Shown in pieces: positions 53,191 to 64,000 of a stretch of DNA of 64,000 bases. The DNA is from Heptranchias perlo (Eukaryota). The stretch lies in contig NC_090333.1 of assembly GCF_035084215.1 (NCBI RefSeq), forward strand, positions 41,540,001 to 41,604,000, written 5' to 3'. The position numbers were made by a program, and so were the translations under genes. Position 1 is the stretch's first letter. Every line of letters starts with the position of its first letter. The notes beneath the pieces are model-generated. The model worked only from the letters and a program-made list of their open reading frames with translations, did not search any database and was not told where the DNA came from.

Positions 53191-54610
53191 TTGTGACATT
53201 GGTAAACATGGTGTGACAAGGATTAAGACACTGGTATTCATGCTGAGACAGGGCTATGGTGACATAAGTAAGGTGAGGAAGGAATTGTGAGGAAGGTTTT
53301 TTGGTTGCTAACAAAAAGTAAGACAAATAATGAGAGAGAGGAAGTTGAGATAAAATGAATAAATTGTTTTTAGGCCAACCTACTAGAGTGAAAAATAAGT
53401 TAGTTTCCTAAATGATATTAATCCTGGTGCTATTAATGGAGCATTTATAAATTGCAAATAAATACCTGCAATATAAAGCAAAACAGATTAAAGGGTAAGT
53501 AAAAGCCCTTAAGGTCTGAATAATGCTGATGCTGAACACTAGTTGATAATGCTGAACATTATCTGTTAATGCTGATTCTGCCTGCCTGTGACAGCTGAGT
53601 GGTTTGGTATGCACGTACAGGCACATATACAGCTTCTGATATGTCCATTTTTCAATGTCTGATGCCAGGAAGTCACTTGTCTAATCTGCTAATTAGTGGG
53701 CACTTCAGTGTTTACAGATGATTGAACAGAACAGATGGATTTGTCCTGGCATTCACATTTTAAAAAATAAATAATTTTTTGGTAATAATGGGCCACTTAT
53801 TAAATCTGTTCATAATCTGATTAACATTTCTTAAAGTAACTGACATAGCAGGTAGTTGGACAGATATACAATGGACAAGCATGTAACATAATGTCAGCAC
53901 GTCCAGCGGCTGTACTGTGATGCTAACTGCTTGAACATGTACAGATCAGTAATAGATTATTTTATATTCTCCAGCCACCTTTCATTTTTCATTAAAAAAT
54001 ATTATGAAAAAACACTAAGCTGTTCAAATTCGACAGTCATTTCTCTTCATGCACAATTTTTCTACCATTAAATCTTGGTAAAAGAAATATTCTTCACAGA
54101 CAGATATAGTACTTTTTTTTCTATTAATGACAAAGAACAGCACAGAAATCACAGGTAAACACATACTTCTCTTTGTACACAAGTTGAACAACTGTTTTCA
54201 GGTAAAGGCAACGACAGCAAGGACGGATGCCTCAGAAATTTGACTCTGGTGTTTGCTAGGGCACACAAAGCTGGAGTAATTACATTTGTGTACTAACAGA
54301 CAAGATAGCAGTTTCTCACAACCTAATGCACACTCCAGCAATATATACAACCCGCGATGTTCTATTTGCATTACTTCTTGACTTAGCAGTTGCAACCTAA
54401 CTGATTCAGATCTAAGTCAAGTATTTTTGATCAACCTAACTATACTCCCAGTTTTATAAACATAATTCCTAACTTTATCAAGTAATGGGCCGGAACTTGC
54501 TCCGACCGGCGTCGCGAGGCTCTCTGCACACCATGCGGATAAAAAATATGAATATATTCACTGCATAGGCCACAACGTCCATTTGCTTAATTTTGAAATC
54601 TTCTCCAGTA

Positions 54611-55292
54611 GCGCACTCCAAGATCAGCGCAGGCCGTGTGCGCTCCGAGATCAGCGCAGACCGTGTGCGTTCCTAGATCAGCGCAGGCCGTGTGCGTTCC
54701 GAGATCAGCGCAGGCCGTGTGCGTTCCGAGATCAGCGCAGGCCGTGTACGTTCCGAGATCAGCGCAGGCCGTGTGCGTTCCGAGATCAGCGCAGGCCGTG
54801 TGCGTTCCGAGATCAGCGCAGGCCGTGTGCGTTCCGAGATCAGCGCAGGCCGTGTGCGTTCCGAGATCAGCGCAGGCCGTGTGCGTTCCGAGATCAGCGC
54901 AGGCCGTGTGCGTTCCTAGATCAGCGCAGCCCGTGTGCGTTCCGAGATCAGCGCAGGCCGTGTGCGTTCCTAGATCAGCGCAGCCCGTGTGCGTTCCGAG
55001 ATCAGCGCAGGCCGTGTGCATTCCGAGATCAGCGCAGGCCGCGAGCGCCCCGAGATCAGCGCAGGCCGTGTGCGCTCCGAGATCAGCGCAGACCGTGTGC
55101 GTTCCTAGATCAGCGCAGGCAGTGTGCGTTCCGAGATCAGCGCAGGCCGTGTGCGTTCCGAGATCAGCGCAGGCCGTGTGCGTTCCGAGATCAGCGCAGG
55201 CCGTGTGCGCTCCGAGATCAGCGCAGGCCGTGTGCGTTCCTAGATCAGCGCAGGCCGTGTGCGCTCCGAGATCAGCGCAGGCCGTGTGCACG
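54611..55292. repeat. Minisatellite, 27-bp unit GATCAGCGCAGGCCGTGTGCGTTCCGA, ~25 copies
   Basis: Directly visible. Head-to-tail units with no spacers. Confidence 0.97.
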
Positions 55293-55831
55293 TGCAAAGA
55301 CTGTGAGAATGGAAGCCCCGCCCAGAAACAGGCAAGTAATACTCATTCATTTAAAGTGACATTCCCTATGTTAGTCTAAATAAAAAATTAACATCACAAC
55401 ATACCTTATTATAAAAAGGCAAGGAAATTATTTATAATGTACTGAAACATACAGAAATTAAAAGTTACATTTTAAAAAATGTTTTAATAATTTTAATGAT
55501 CAAAAAATATTAAAATAGAAATAATTAGACAGTCCACATTTTTAAAATTTAATTTTTTGTTGTTTTGCAGTCATTATAAGTTTCCGTGCTTTTAAAAAGT
55601 AGTGTAGGGCTATTATTTTCAAGCATACCTTCTCATGGCATTAGTATCTTCGTTCCAGCTGGACAGATGGGTAAATTAATGATTGTTTGGTGATTGTGTT
55701 TGATTGTATTGATTGTGGCATGGTTGGCCCTTTAATTTGGGATTGTCAAAATGCTGTTGAACCTATCAGAGCAAGTTCGCGATTTCTGGCTTTTAATGCG
55801 CATGTGCGCATTCGTGAACTTGCTCCGATAG

Positions 55832-56061
55832 CCATGATGTGGAGATGCCGGTGATGGACTGGGGTTGACAATTGTAAACAATTTTACAACACCAAGTTAT
55901 AGTCCAACAATTTTATTTTAAAATTCACAAGCTTTCGGAGGCTTCCTCCTTCCTCAGGTGTACATTCACCTGAGGAAGGAGGAAGCCTCCGAAAGCTTGT
56001 GAATTTTAAAATAGAATTGTTGGACTATAATCTATCGGAGCAATTGTAAAATTGTTTACAA
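55832..56061. mobile_element. Penelope-like terminal (pLTR) inverted repeat
   Basis: Arms ~55897-55960 and 55967-56030 are near-perfect reverse complements. Flanked by the direct repeat TTGCTCCGATAG at 55820-55831 and 56062-56073. Confidence 0.8.
55964..56004 (+). ncRNA. Minimal type I hammerhead ribozyme motif (mirror copy on the - strand at ~55923-55963)
   Basis: Stem I ATTCAC/GTGAAT, core CTGAGGA, stem II GGAGG-aag-CCTCC, GAAA, palindromic AAGCTT in place of stem III, cleavage triplet CUU. Confidence 0.7.
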
Positions 56062-56699
56062 TTGCTCCGATAGATTCGACGGCGGTTGGAATGGACGCCA
56101 TTAAGGAGCGGCGTCCACGGTAAGTAAGTTCTGGGCCAATGTAACAGTTGGATTTTTATCCTTAGTCTAGTTGTGCAGTTATACTGTTACTTCCCCCGCT
56201 GTCCACCAAAACATTGTTGTCATTTATTATTCCAGTAAAATAATAAAATCATTTATCCAGGGTTATCTTTAAAGGAAAAAAATAATCACTCTCTGTTATT
56301 GTAGCAGAAGTTTCAGTTTCATTGATGTCTTATAAACAATGCATTCAGGGGAACAGTCATTTATTAGGATGAAAGGAAACTCTACATCTAAATCTTTCTT
56401 CAATACAATAGCATGACTAGAAGCTCAAATGGCAGTTCTGTGGATGAATATGTTCTGGAAAGATATGAAAGGTGATGGTTCAAACTGTAATTGTAAACTG
56501 AAACATTTGTGGCTCAGACGTATGCTGACGAAAATTGTGAACTGAATGAGAACTATAAAGAGCCAAATTATCCCATACTAACCTGAACTAAATAGTTATG
56601 ATACTCAGCAGGGTTACAAAATGCTAACCATATGAGATTTACAGTAATATTTTCTGCAGCATTTATAAAGCGATTTTTTTTGAATGCCGAGAACACAGC

Positions 56700-59600
56700 A
56701 AATTGTTGCATGGTTGTCTTTTAAAATTAGGAACATAAGAATTTACAGGTCTAGAATAGACATTGGAAAGGAGAAACAAGGTGAACAGAAGACTGGGAGA
56801 GACAAATAGCACTAGAGTAAAGAATAGTTCAGAAATAGGAAGAATCAAACGGGGAGCAAATGAGAGGTAGTCTAAGATGAGTTTGGAGTGCATGTGTGTA
56901 ACTGCACATAGCGTGGTGAATAAAGTTGGTGAGCTGCAGGCACAAGTCGCCACATGGGACCATGATATAGAGGCAATAACAGAGATCCGGCTCGAAGAAG
57001 GGGAGGAATGGGTACTTAATCGTCCAGGAATGATAGGGGAGGAAAAAAAGGAGGGGGGTTAGCAGTATTGATCAAAGAAACTATTATAGCACTGGAAAGG
57101 GATGATGTAGTTGAGGGGTCAAAGACAGAATCTATTTGTCTTACAATTAAGGAACTTCTGAGGAGCTATTATGCTACTGGGTGTATACAATAGGCCACCA
57201 AATAGTGGGAAGGAGCTAGAGGAACAAATTTGCAGGCAAATTACAGGAAGATGTCAGAACTATAGAGTAGTGATAATAGGGTTCTTCTATTATACAAACA
57301 TAGACTGGGACAGTAACAGTATAAAGGGCATAGAGGGGGAAGAATTCCTGAAATGTACCTGAGAACTTTCTTGATCAGTGTGTTTCCAGCCCAACCAGGA
57401 AGGAAGCAGTGTTAGATCTAGGTCTGGGGAATGAAGTGGGGCAAGCAGAGCATGTTTCAGTGGGGGAGCATTTGGGGAACAGTGATCACAATATCAATAG
57501 GTTTAGAGTAGTTATGGAAAATGACAAAAAACAATCAAATGTGAAAATACTAAACGGGAGAAGGGGCAATTTCAGTGAGTTAAGAAGGGATCTTGCTCTG
57601 GTGGATTGGAATCAAAAATTGGTAGGCAAAATTGTAATTGAACAAGGAGGTAATGGTTCAGGTACAGAGTAGGCACATTCCCACAAGGGGGGAAAGGAAG
57701 GACATCTCAAGCTAGAACTCCCTGGATGACTAAAGATGTAGATATTAAAATGAAACAGAAAAGGAAGGCTTATGGCAAGATTCATAATACAGTAGAGAAC
57801 CAAACTAAATACAGAAAGTATAGAGGAGATCAAAAAAGACAATAAAAGGGGCAAAGAGAGAGCATGAGACTAGATTAGAGGCTAACATAAAACGGAACCC
57901 AAAAATCTTTTCTAAATATATAAATAGTAAAAGGGTAGTCAAAGGAAGGGTGGGGCTGATTAGGGACGAAAAAGATAATCTTGTAGAGGCAGAGGGTACA
58001 GCTAAGGTACTAAATGAATACTTCGCATCAATCTTCACTAGAAAAGAGAATGCTGCCAATGTAACAGTAAAGGAGGTAGGAGTGATATTGGATAGGATAA
58101 AAATAGATAAAAAGGAGGTACTTAAAAGGATGGCAGGACTCAAAGTAGAAAAGTCACCCAGTCCAGATGGAATGCATCCTAGGTTACTGAGGGAAGAAAT
58201 TGTGGAGGCTCTGGCCACAATTTTCCAATCCTCCTTAGATATGGGGGCAGTGCCAGAGGACTGGAGGATTGCAAATGTTACACAGCCTTGTTCAAAAAGG
58301 GGAGAGGGATAAGCCCGGCAAATACAGGCCAGTCAGCCTAATGACGGTAGTGGGGAAACCTTTGGAGACAATAATCCGGGACAAAATTAATTGGAACTTG
58401 GAAAAGTATGGGCTTATAAATGAAAGTCAGCATGGATTCATTAAAGGAAAATCGTATTTGACTAACTTGAGTTCTTTGATGAAGTAACAGAGAGGGTTGA
58501 TGAGGGTAGTGTGGTTGATGTTGTGTATATGGACTTTCAAAAGGCATTTGATAAAATACCACATAATAAACTTGTAAGCAAAATTAAAGCCCATGGAATT
58601 AAAGGGACAGTGGCAGTGTGGATACAAAATTGGCTAAGGGACAGAAAGCAGAGACTAGTGGTGAACGGTTGTTTTTCAGACTGGAGGGACGTATACAATG
58701 GTGTTCCACAGGGGTCGGTATTAGGACCATCGCTCTTTTTGATACATATTAACGACCTGGACTTGGGTATAAAGGGTATAATTTCCAAGTTTGCAGATGA
58801 CATGAAACTCGGGAATGTAGTAAACAACGTGGAGGATAGTAACAGACTTCAGGAAGACATAGACAGACTGGTGAAATGGGCAAAAACATGGCAGATGAAA
58901 TGTATCTCAGAGAAATGTGATGTGATACATTTTGGTAGGAAGATCAGGAGGAGCAATATAAACTAAACGGTACAATTTTGAAGGGGTACAGGAACAGAGA
59001 GACCTGGGGGTGTATGTAAACAAATCTTTGAAGGTGGCAGAACAAGTTGAGAAGGCTGTTTAAAAAGCATATGGAATCCTGGGCTTTATTAATAGAGGCA
59101 TAGAATACAAAAGCAAGGAAGTTATGCTAAACCTTTATAAAACACTGGTGAGACCCCAGCTGGAATATTGTTTCCAATTCTGGGTACCACATTTTAGGAT
59201 GGTTGTCAAGACCTTAGAGAGGGTAGGGAGGAGATTTACTAGAATGGTACCAGGGATGAAAGACTTGTCATGTGGAGAGACTAGAGAATCTGGGGTTGTT
59301 CTCCTTAGAGCAGAAAAGGTTAAGGGGAGATTTGATAGCGGTGTTCAAAATCATGAGCGGTTTTGATAGAATAAATAAGGAGAAACTGGTTCCAGTGGCA
59401 GAAGGGTCGGTAACCAGAGGACACAGATTTAAAGTGATTGACAAAAGAGCCAGAGGTGACATAAGGAAACATTTTTTTTTATGCAGATGTGTTATGATCT
59501 GGAATGCATTGCCTGAAAGGGTGGTGGAAGCAGATTCAATAATAACTTTCAAAAGTGAATTGGACAAATATTTGAAGGGAAAAATTTACAGTGTTATGGG

Positions 59601-59790
59601 GAAAGAGGAGGGGATTAGGACTATAGTTTAATAGAATGTAGGTGATTGCTGGCATTGGAAGGTTAAATAGAATCTACAGCACAGAAACAGGCCATTCGGC
59701 CCAAGTGGTCCAATTGGATAGCACTTTCAAAGAGCTGGCACAGGCACGATGGGCCGGATGGCCTCCTTCGGTGCTGTAACATACTATGAT
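56700..59790 (+). mobile_element. CR1 LINE with near-complete but frameshifted ORF2 (EN + RT)
   Basis: GVYNRPPNS, SDHN, YRPVSL, YMDFQKAFDKIPH, GVPQGSVLGP, KFADD and a 3' tail. Confidence 0.92.
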
Positions 59791-60534
59791 AATGGTCCAT
59801 CTAGCTGATCCCAAAGTTTGAAAAATGGAGTACTCTAACCATACATGGCAACCTTGAAATCTAGCAAAAACTGACCGATAATGCCAAAAAAGTCAACACA
59901 GTTACAGAAAAGCTGATGACTTTAAAGCACATAATCAATTTATAGGAAGAAAAATAACTGAAATACATGAAAATGTATTTTGCAGCAATTGTGGATTCAA
60001 AAATTTCTGAAGAGGGAACCAAGTGCGAATGACAAAATATATTTTCTATTCTCTGGGGAAGCACCTGTTAATGAGTCAACATCCTCACTCCAATCGTGCC
60101 TGCTAAACTAGGGAGTATGACACACGTTAAAAATGAGCTACAGGCATTTGTGGTGGAGCTTGCTGCAGGAAGTTTTAAATGGGGCGTTGCTAGCTCTGCT
60201 GATTTTTCACATCAAACACAAATTGTTGGCAAGTATGATTGTCTCGCATAACACTCAATCCTTTATTTATAGGAACAAATTCTTAGATTAAAAGTTCAAC
60301 CCTATTGTACGGAAACTGATGTATAAAAATCACATGAAGTAACTTTTTTTTTAAAAACTATCAATTTTCCAGAAGGAGTGGGGTAAAAATGTTTTTCCAT
60401 AGTTTAAAAAAAAGTTCTGTGTTTCAGTAATATGTGAGCTAAATTATTGTAACCTATCAATTTAGTTAATTAAATTGAAGTAATAATCAGCCGCATTAGA
60501 TGGGTGAATGGTCGTAGAATAACCAGAAACACAG

Positions 60535-60985
60535 TAGTGTGATGGTTATAGCACTGGATTAGCAACTGAGGAGTCCTGATTTCAAATCATGAAGTTATGA
60601 AATTGAACTTAATAAATCTGGGAATCTGATGGCTAATACCAGAAAACTAACCATTAAAACTGCTATTTTGTTGTAAAAACTCATTTGGTTCATAAATATC
60701 CTTCACTAAATATAGCCAGCCACCCCAACCCAGTTCGGCCTACACATTACTCTAGTCCCATATTACATGCCCTCTGGAGTGGCCCAGGAACACACTCGGT
60801 TGTAAAGTGTCAGCCTTGGCTCAGGGTTACCACTCTTGCCTCTAGGATTAGAAGTTTGTACATTCAGGCCCCACTGCAGGACTTAAGCATATCATCTAGT
60901 CTAACACTTCAGTCCAGTATTGAGGGAGTGCCGCACTGTTGGAGGTGCCATCCTTTGGATGAGATGTTAAACCGAGGCCCCCACT
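60535..60985 (+). mobile_element. tRNA-derived SINE fragments, including a Deu-domain SINE at ~60810-60983
   Basis: tgagggagtgccgcactgttggaggtgccatcctttggatgagatgttaaaccgaggcccc matches the Deu domain as I recall it. Confidence 0.65.
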
Positions 60986-61620
60986 AACAACATCTTGGGG
61001 GCGTCACATTGACTAGAAGATTAACTGCATAAGCCATATCAACACTGTGGCTACGAGAGCAGGGCAGAGACTAGGTACGTTTTGATGAGTGGTTCACCTC
61101 TTGATCCCACAAAGCCTCTACAGGGCTCAAGTCAGGAGTGTTTATGGAATACTCACCATTCATCTGGATGGGTGTAGCTGCAACAACAATCAAGAAGGTC
61201 AGCACCATCCAGGATAAAGCAGGTTGCTTGATTAGCGCCCCATAGATTCAATATCCTCCCCCTGCATAAATAACACACTGTATGCTCTATCTACAGGGTG
61301 CGGTGTAGCAACTCAACAAGGTTACTTTAACAGCACCTCCCTGATATGCGACCTCCATCACCAGAGAAGGATAAGAATAGCAATGTTGTGGGGAACACCA
61401 TCACCTCTAAGTTCCCTTCCAAGTCACATGCTAGCCTGACTTAGACATATATTGTCATTCCTTCATATCCTGCAACTCCCTACCTAATACCATTGTGGGT
61501 GCACCATCAGAACAAGGACTGCAGCAGTTAGAAAAGAAGGCCCACCAGCACCTTCTTAGGGCAACTAAGGATGGGCAATAAATGCAGGTTTGTTAGCATC
61601 ATCCAAAATCCAAGAACAAT
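60986..61620 (+). mobile_element. Older, decayed LINE family B 3' fragment
   Basis: Colinear with 3240-3920. Tail gggcaactaaggatgggcaataaatgc. Confidence 0.8.
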
Positions 61621-62266
61621 TTTTTAAAAATACTGCTGTGCACACTGGTGAATGAGTAGCTATGCATATCACTTCCACTTAAATGCTAAAAATGGCTTAC
61701 ATGCATAACATCCACAGACAGTTGTTGACTATTATGGCACAATTTTAGTAGCTAATGGCAAACATAAAATGACAACTGGTGAGAAAAATGACAATTGTAG
61801 GCATCAGGTATTTAACTTGTGTGGAACATCCAGGAGGTTCGACTTGATTTCTTTGGAAAAGAGTTAACTTTGAGGTGATCTGATTGTTTTCAAGATTATG
61901 AATAGAATTGACCAAATTGATCCAGACAATCTGTTCAATGTGGTGATTAGGTTCAAATACTGGATATGCACGTTAAAAATTAGGAATTTAGAAATAAGAG
62001 GGAATTAGGTGAAAGAAATCTCACCCAAAGCGTAATGGACTTTTGAAATTAGTTATCATGGAAAGTCATTCAAACAGTCAGTATCAACAGATTCAAGAAG
62101 AAAATGGATGTATTTCTGGAGAGAAAACGGGTCGAGTGATGTGGTGAGAAGGTGAGTAGGTGAGGTCTATCTCTGAAAAAGGAACCCGTTTCTTAGATTT
62201 AATTGCCTTTAACTATAATTTTTTGGTCTTAGGCATTGCATGAGCAAAAAATAATGCAACACTCAC

Positions 62267-62350
62267 CTCCAAGATTTGGTCCCCAGCCCAGAGCCTGCTG
62301 TCTTTAGCAGCTGCACCCTCTTCATACACTTCATGAATAACTATTGCGTC
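62267..62350 (-). CDS. PATJ: PATJ coding exon (84 nt): [28 protein letters not shown]
   Basis: Manual translation of the minus strand. Bounded by tttcag| and |gtgagt, phase 0-0. PDZ core motif matches PATJ/MPDZ as I recall them. The gene continues upstream beyond the window. Confidence 0.93.
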
Positions 62351-62360
62351 CTGAAATAAA

Positions 62361-64000
62361 TCGTAGAATCATAGAAAGGTTACAGCACGGAAGGACGTAT
62401 TCGGCCCATCGAGTCCGCGCCACTCCCCTGCCCTTTCCCCGTGGCCCTGCAATTTTTTTTACTTTCAAGTACTTATCCAGTTCCCTTTTGAAGGCCATGA
62501 TTGAATCTGCCTCCACCGCCCTCTCGGGCAGTACATTCCAGATCCTAACCACTTGCTGTGTAAAAAAGTTTCTCCTCGTGTCATCTTTGGTTCTTTTGCC
62601 AATCACTGTAAATCTATGCCCTCTGGTTCTTGACCCTTCTGCCAATGGGAACAGTTTCTCTCTCTCTATTCTGTCTAGACCTTTCATGATTTTGAATACC
62701 TCTATCAAATCTCCTCGCAACCATCTCTGTTCCAAGGGGAACAACCCCAGCTTCTCCAGTCTATCCACGTAACTAAAGTCCCTCATCCCTGGAATCATTC
62801 TAGTAAATCTCTTCTGCACCCTCTCTAAGGCCTTCTCATCTTTCCTAAAGTGCGGTGCCCAGAACTGGACACAATACTCCAGTTGTGGCCGTACCAGTGT
62901 TTTATAAAGGTTCATCATGACTTCCATACTTTAGTACTCTATGCCTCTATTTATAAAGCCCAGGATCCCATATTCTTTAACTGCTTTCTCAACCTGCCCT
63001 GCCACCTTCAACGATTTGTGCAAATATACCCCCAGATTTCTCTGTTCCTGTACCCCTTGTGGAATTGTGCCCTTTAGTTTATATTGCCTCTCCTTGTTCT
63101 TCCTACCCAAATGTATCACTTCGCATTTTTCTGCGTTAAATTTCATCTGCCACGTGTCTGCTTCGTCCACCGGCCTGTCTATATCCTTTTGAAGTCTATC
63201 ACTATCCTCCTCACTGTTTACTACCCTTCTAAGTTTTGTGTCATCTGCAAATTTTGAAATTATGCTCTGTACACCGAAGTCCAAGTCATTAATATATATA
63301 AAGAAAAGCAGTGGTCCCAGCACTGACCCCTGGGGAACACCACTGTACACCTCCCTCCAGTCCGAAAAACAACCGTTCACCACTACTCTCTGTTTCCTGT
63401 TACTTAGCCAATTCTGTATCCATGTTGCTACTGCCCCCTTTATTCCATGGGCTGCAATCTTGATGATAAGCCAACTGTGCGGCACTTTATCAAACGCCTT
63501 TTGAAAGTCCATACACACCACATCAACTGCATTGCCCTCATCTACCCTCTTTGTCACCTCATCAAAACACTATCAGGTTAGTTAACACGATTTGCCTTTA
63601 ACAAATCTGTGCTGGCTTGCCCTAATCAATCCACACCCTTCCAAGTGACTGTTAATTCTGTCCCGGATTATCGTTTCTAAACGTTTCCCCACCATTGAGG
63701 TTAAACTGACTGGCCTATAGTTGCTGGGTTTATCCTTACACCCTTTTTTGAACAAGGTGTAACATTTGCAATTCTCCAGTCCTCTGGCACCACCCCCGTA
63801 TCTATGGATGTTTAGAAGATTATGGCCAGTACCTCCACAATTTCCACCCTTACTTCCCTCAGCAACCGAGGATGCATCCCATCTGGTCCGGGTGACTTAC
63901 TACTTTAAGTACTGCTAGCCTTTCAAGTAGCTCCTCTTTATCAATTTTGAGCCTATCCATTATCTCAACTATATCTTCCTTTACTGAGACTCTGGCAGCA
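62361..64000 (-). mobile_element. CR1 LINE ORF2 (RT and 3' end), running off the window edge
   Basis: ORFs 62931..63557 (DFQKAFDKVPH, GVPQGSVLGP, KFADD) and 62331..62927. Tail ctgtaacctttctatgattctacga. Confidence 0.93.

Larger units (their letters stand above)
54487..56137. mobile_element. Non-autonomous TIR element (Harbinger-like) hosting a minisatellite and a Penelope insertion
   Basis: Imperfect 15-bp TIR gggccggaacttgct / agtaagttctgggcc with a 3-bp TSD (AAT). Confidence 0.75.

Noticed and set aside
54611-55292. CRISPR array or repeat-protein gene
   Set aside because: Units are contiguous with no unique spacers, there are no cas genes, and the context is a vertebrate intron. The long ORFs follow from a stop-poor 27-bp unit.
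14943-62350. Calling the gene MPDZ
   Set aside because: The linkers VIADTNITAIASQLE and [13 protein letters not shown], and DEENLDVF, fit PATJ better as I recall the two proteins. A BLAST search would confirm this.

Overview
Eukaryotic (vertebrate) genomic DNA, not prokaryotic. The repeat landscape (CR1-type LINEs with ATTCTRTG tails, Deu-domain SINEs, Harbinger elements, Penelope termini) points to a cartilaginous fish; the species cannot be fixed from the sequence. The only clear host gene is the 3' part of PATJ (INADL, multi-PDZ tight-junction scaffold) on the minus strand. I traced 11 coding exons from 62350 down to the TGA at 14943. All introns are GT-AG and phase-consistent, giving 1269 nt (422 aa plus stop) that cover the last ~4 PDZ domains. 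Most other ORF-track entries are LINE or Harbinger debris, or their antisense shadows. Notable items: (1) a fold-back Penelope terminus carrying two hammerhead-ribozyme motifs, nested in a TIR element that also holds a 25 x 27-bp minisatellite; (2) a CR1 tail inserted ~10 nt from a PATJ splice acceptor; (3) most of one PATJ intron duplicated into the neighbouring intron; (4) a duplicated splice donor that could remove the last PDZ domain; (5) nested Harbinger elements; (6) an unexplained ORF downstream of PATJ. I see no evidence of a wholly new multi-gene system. These findings are unusual instances of known element classes.
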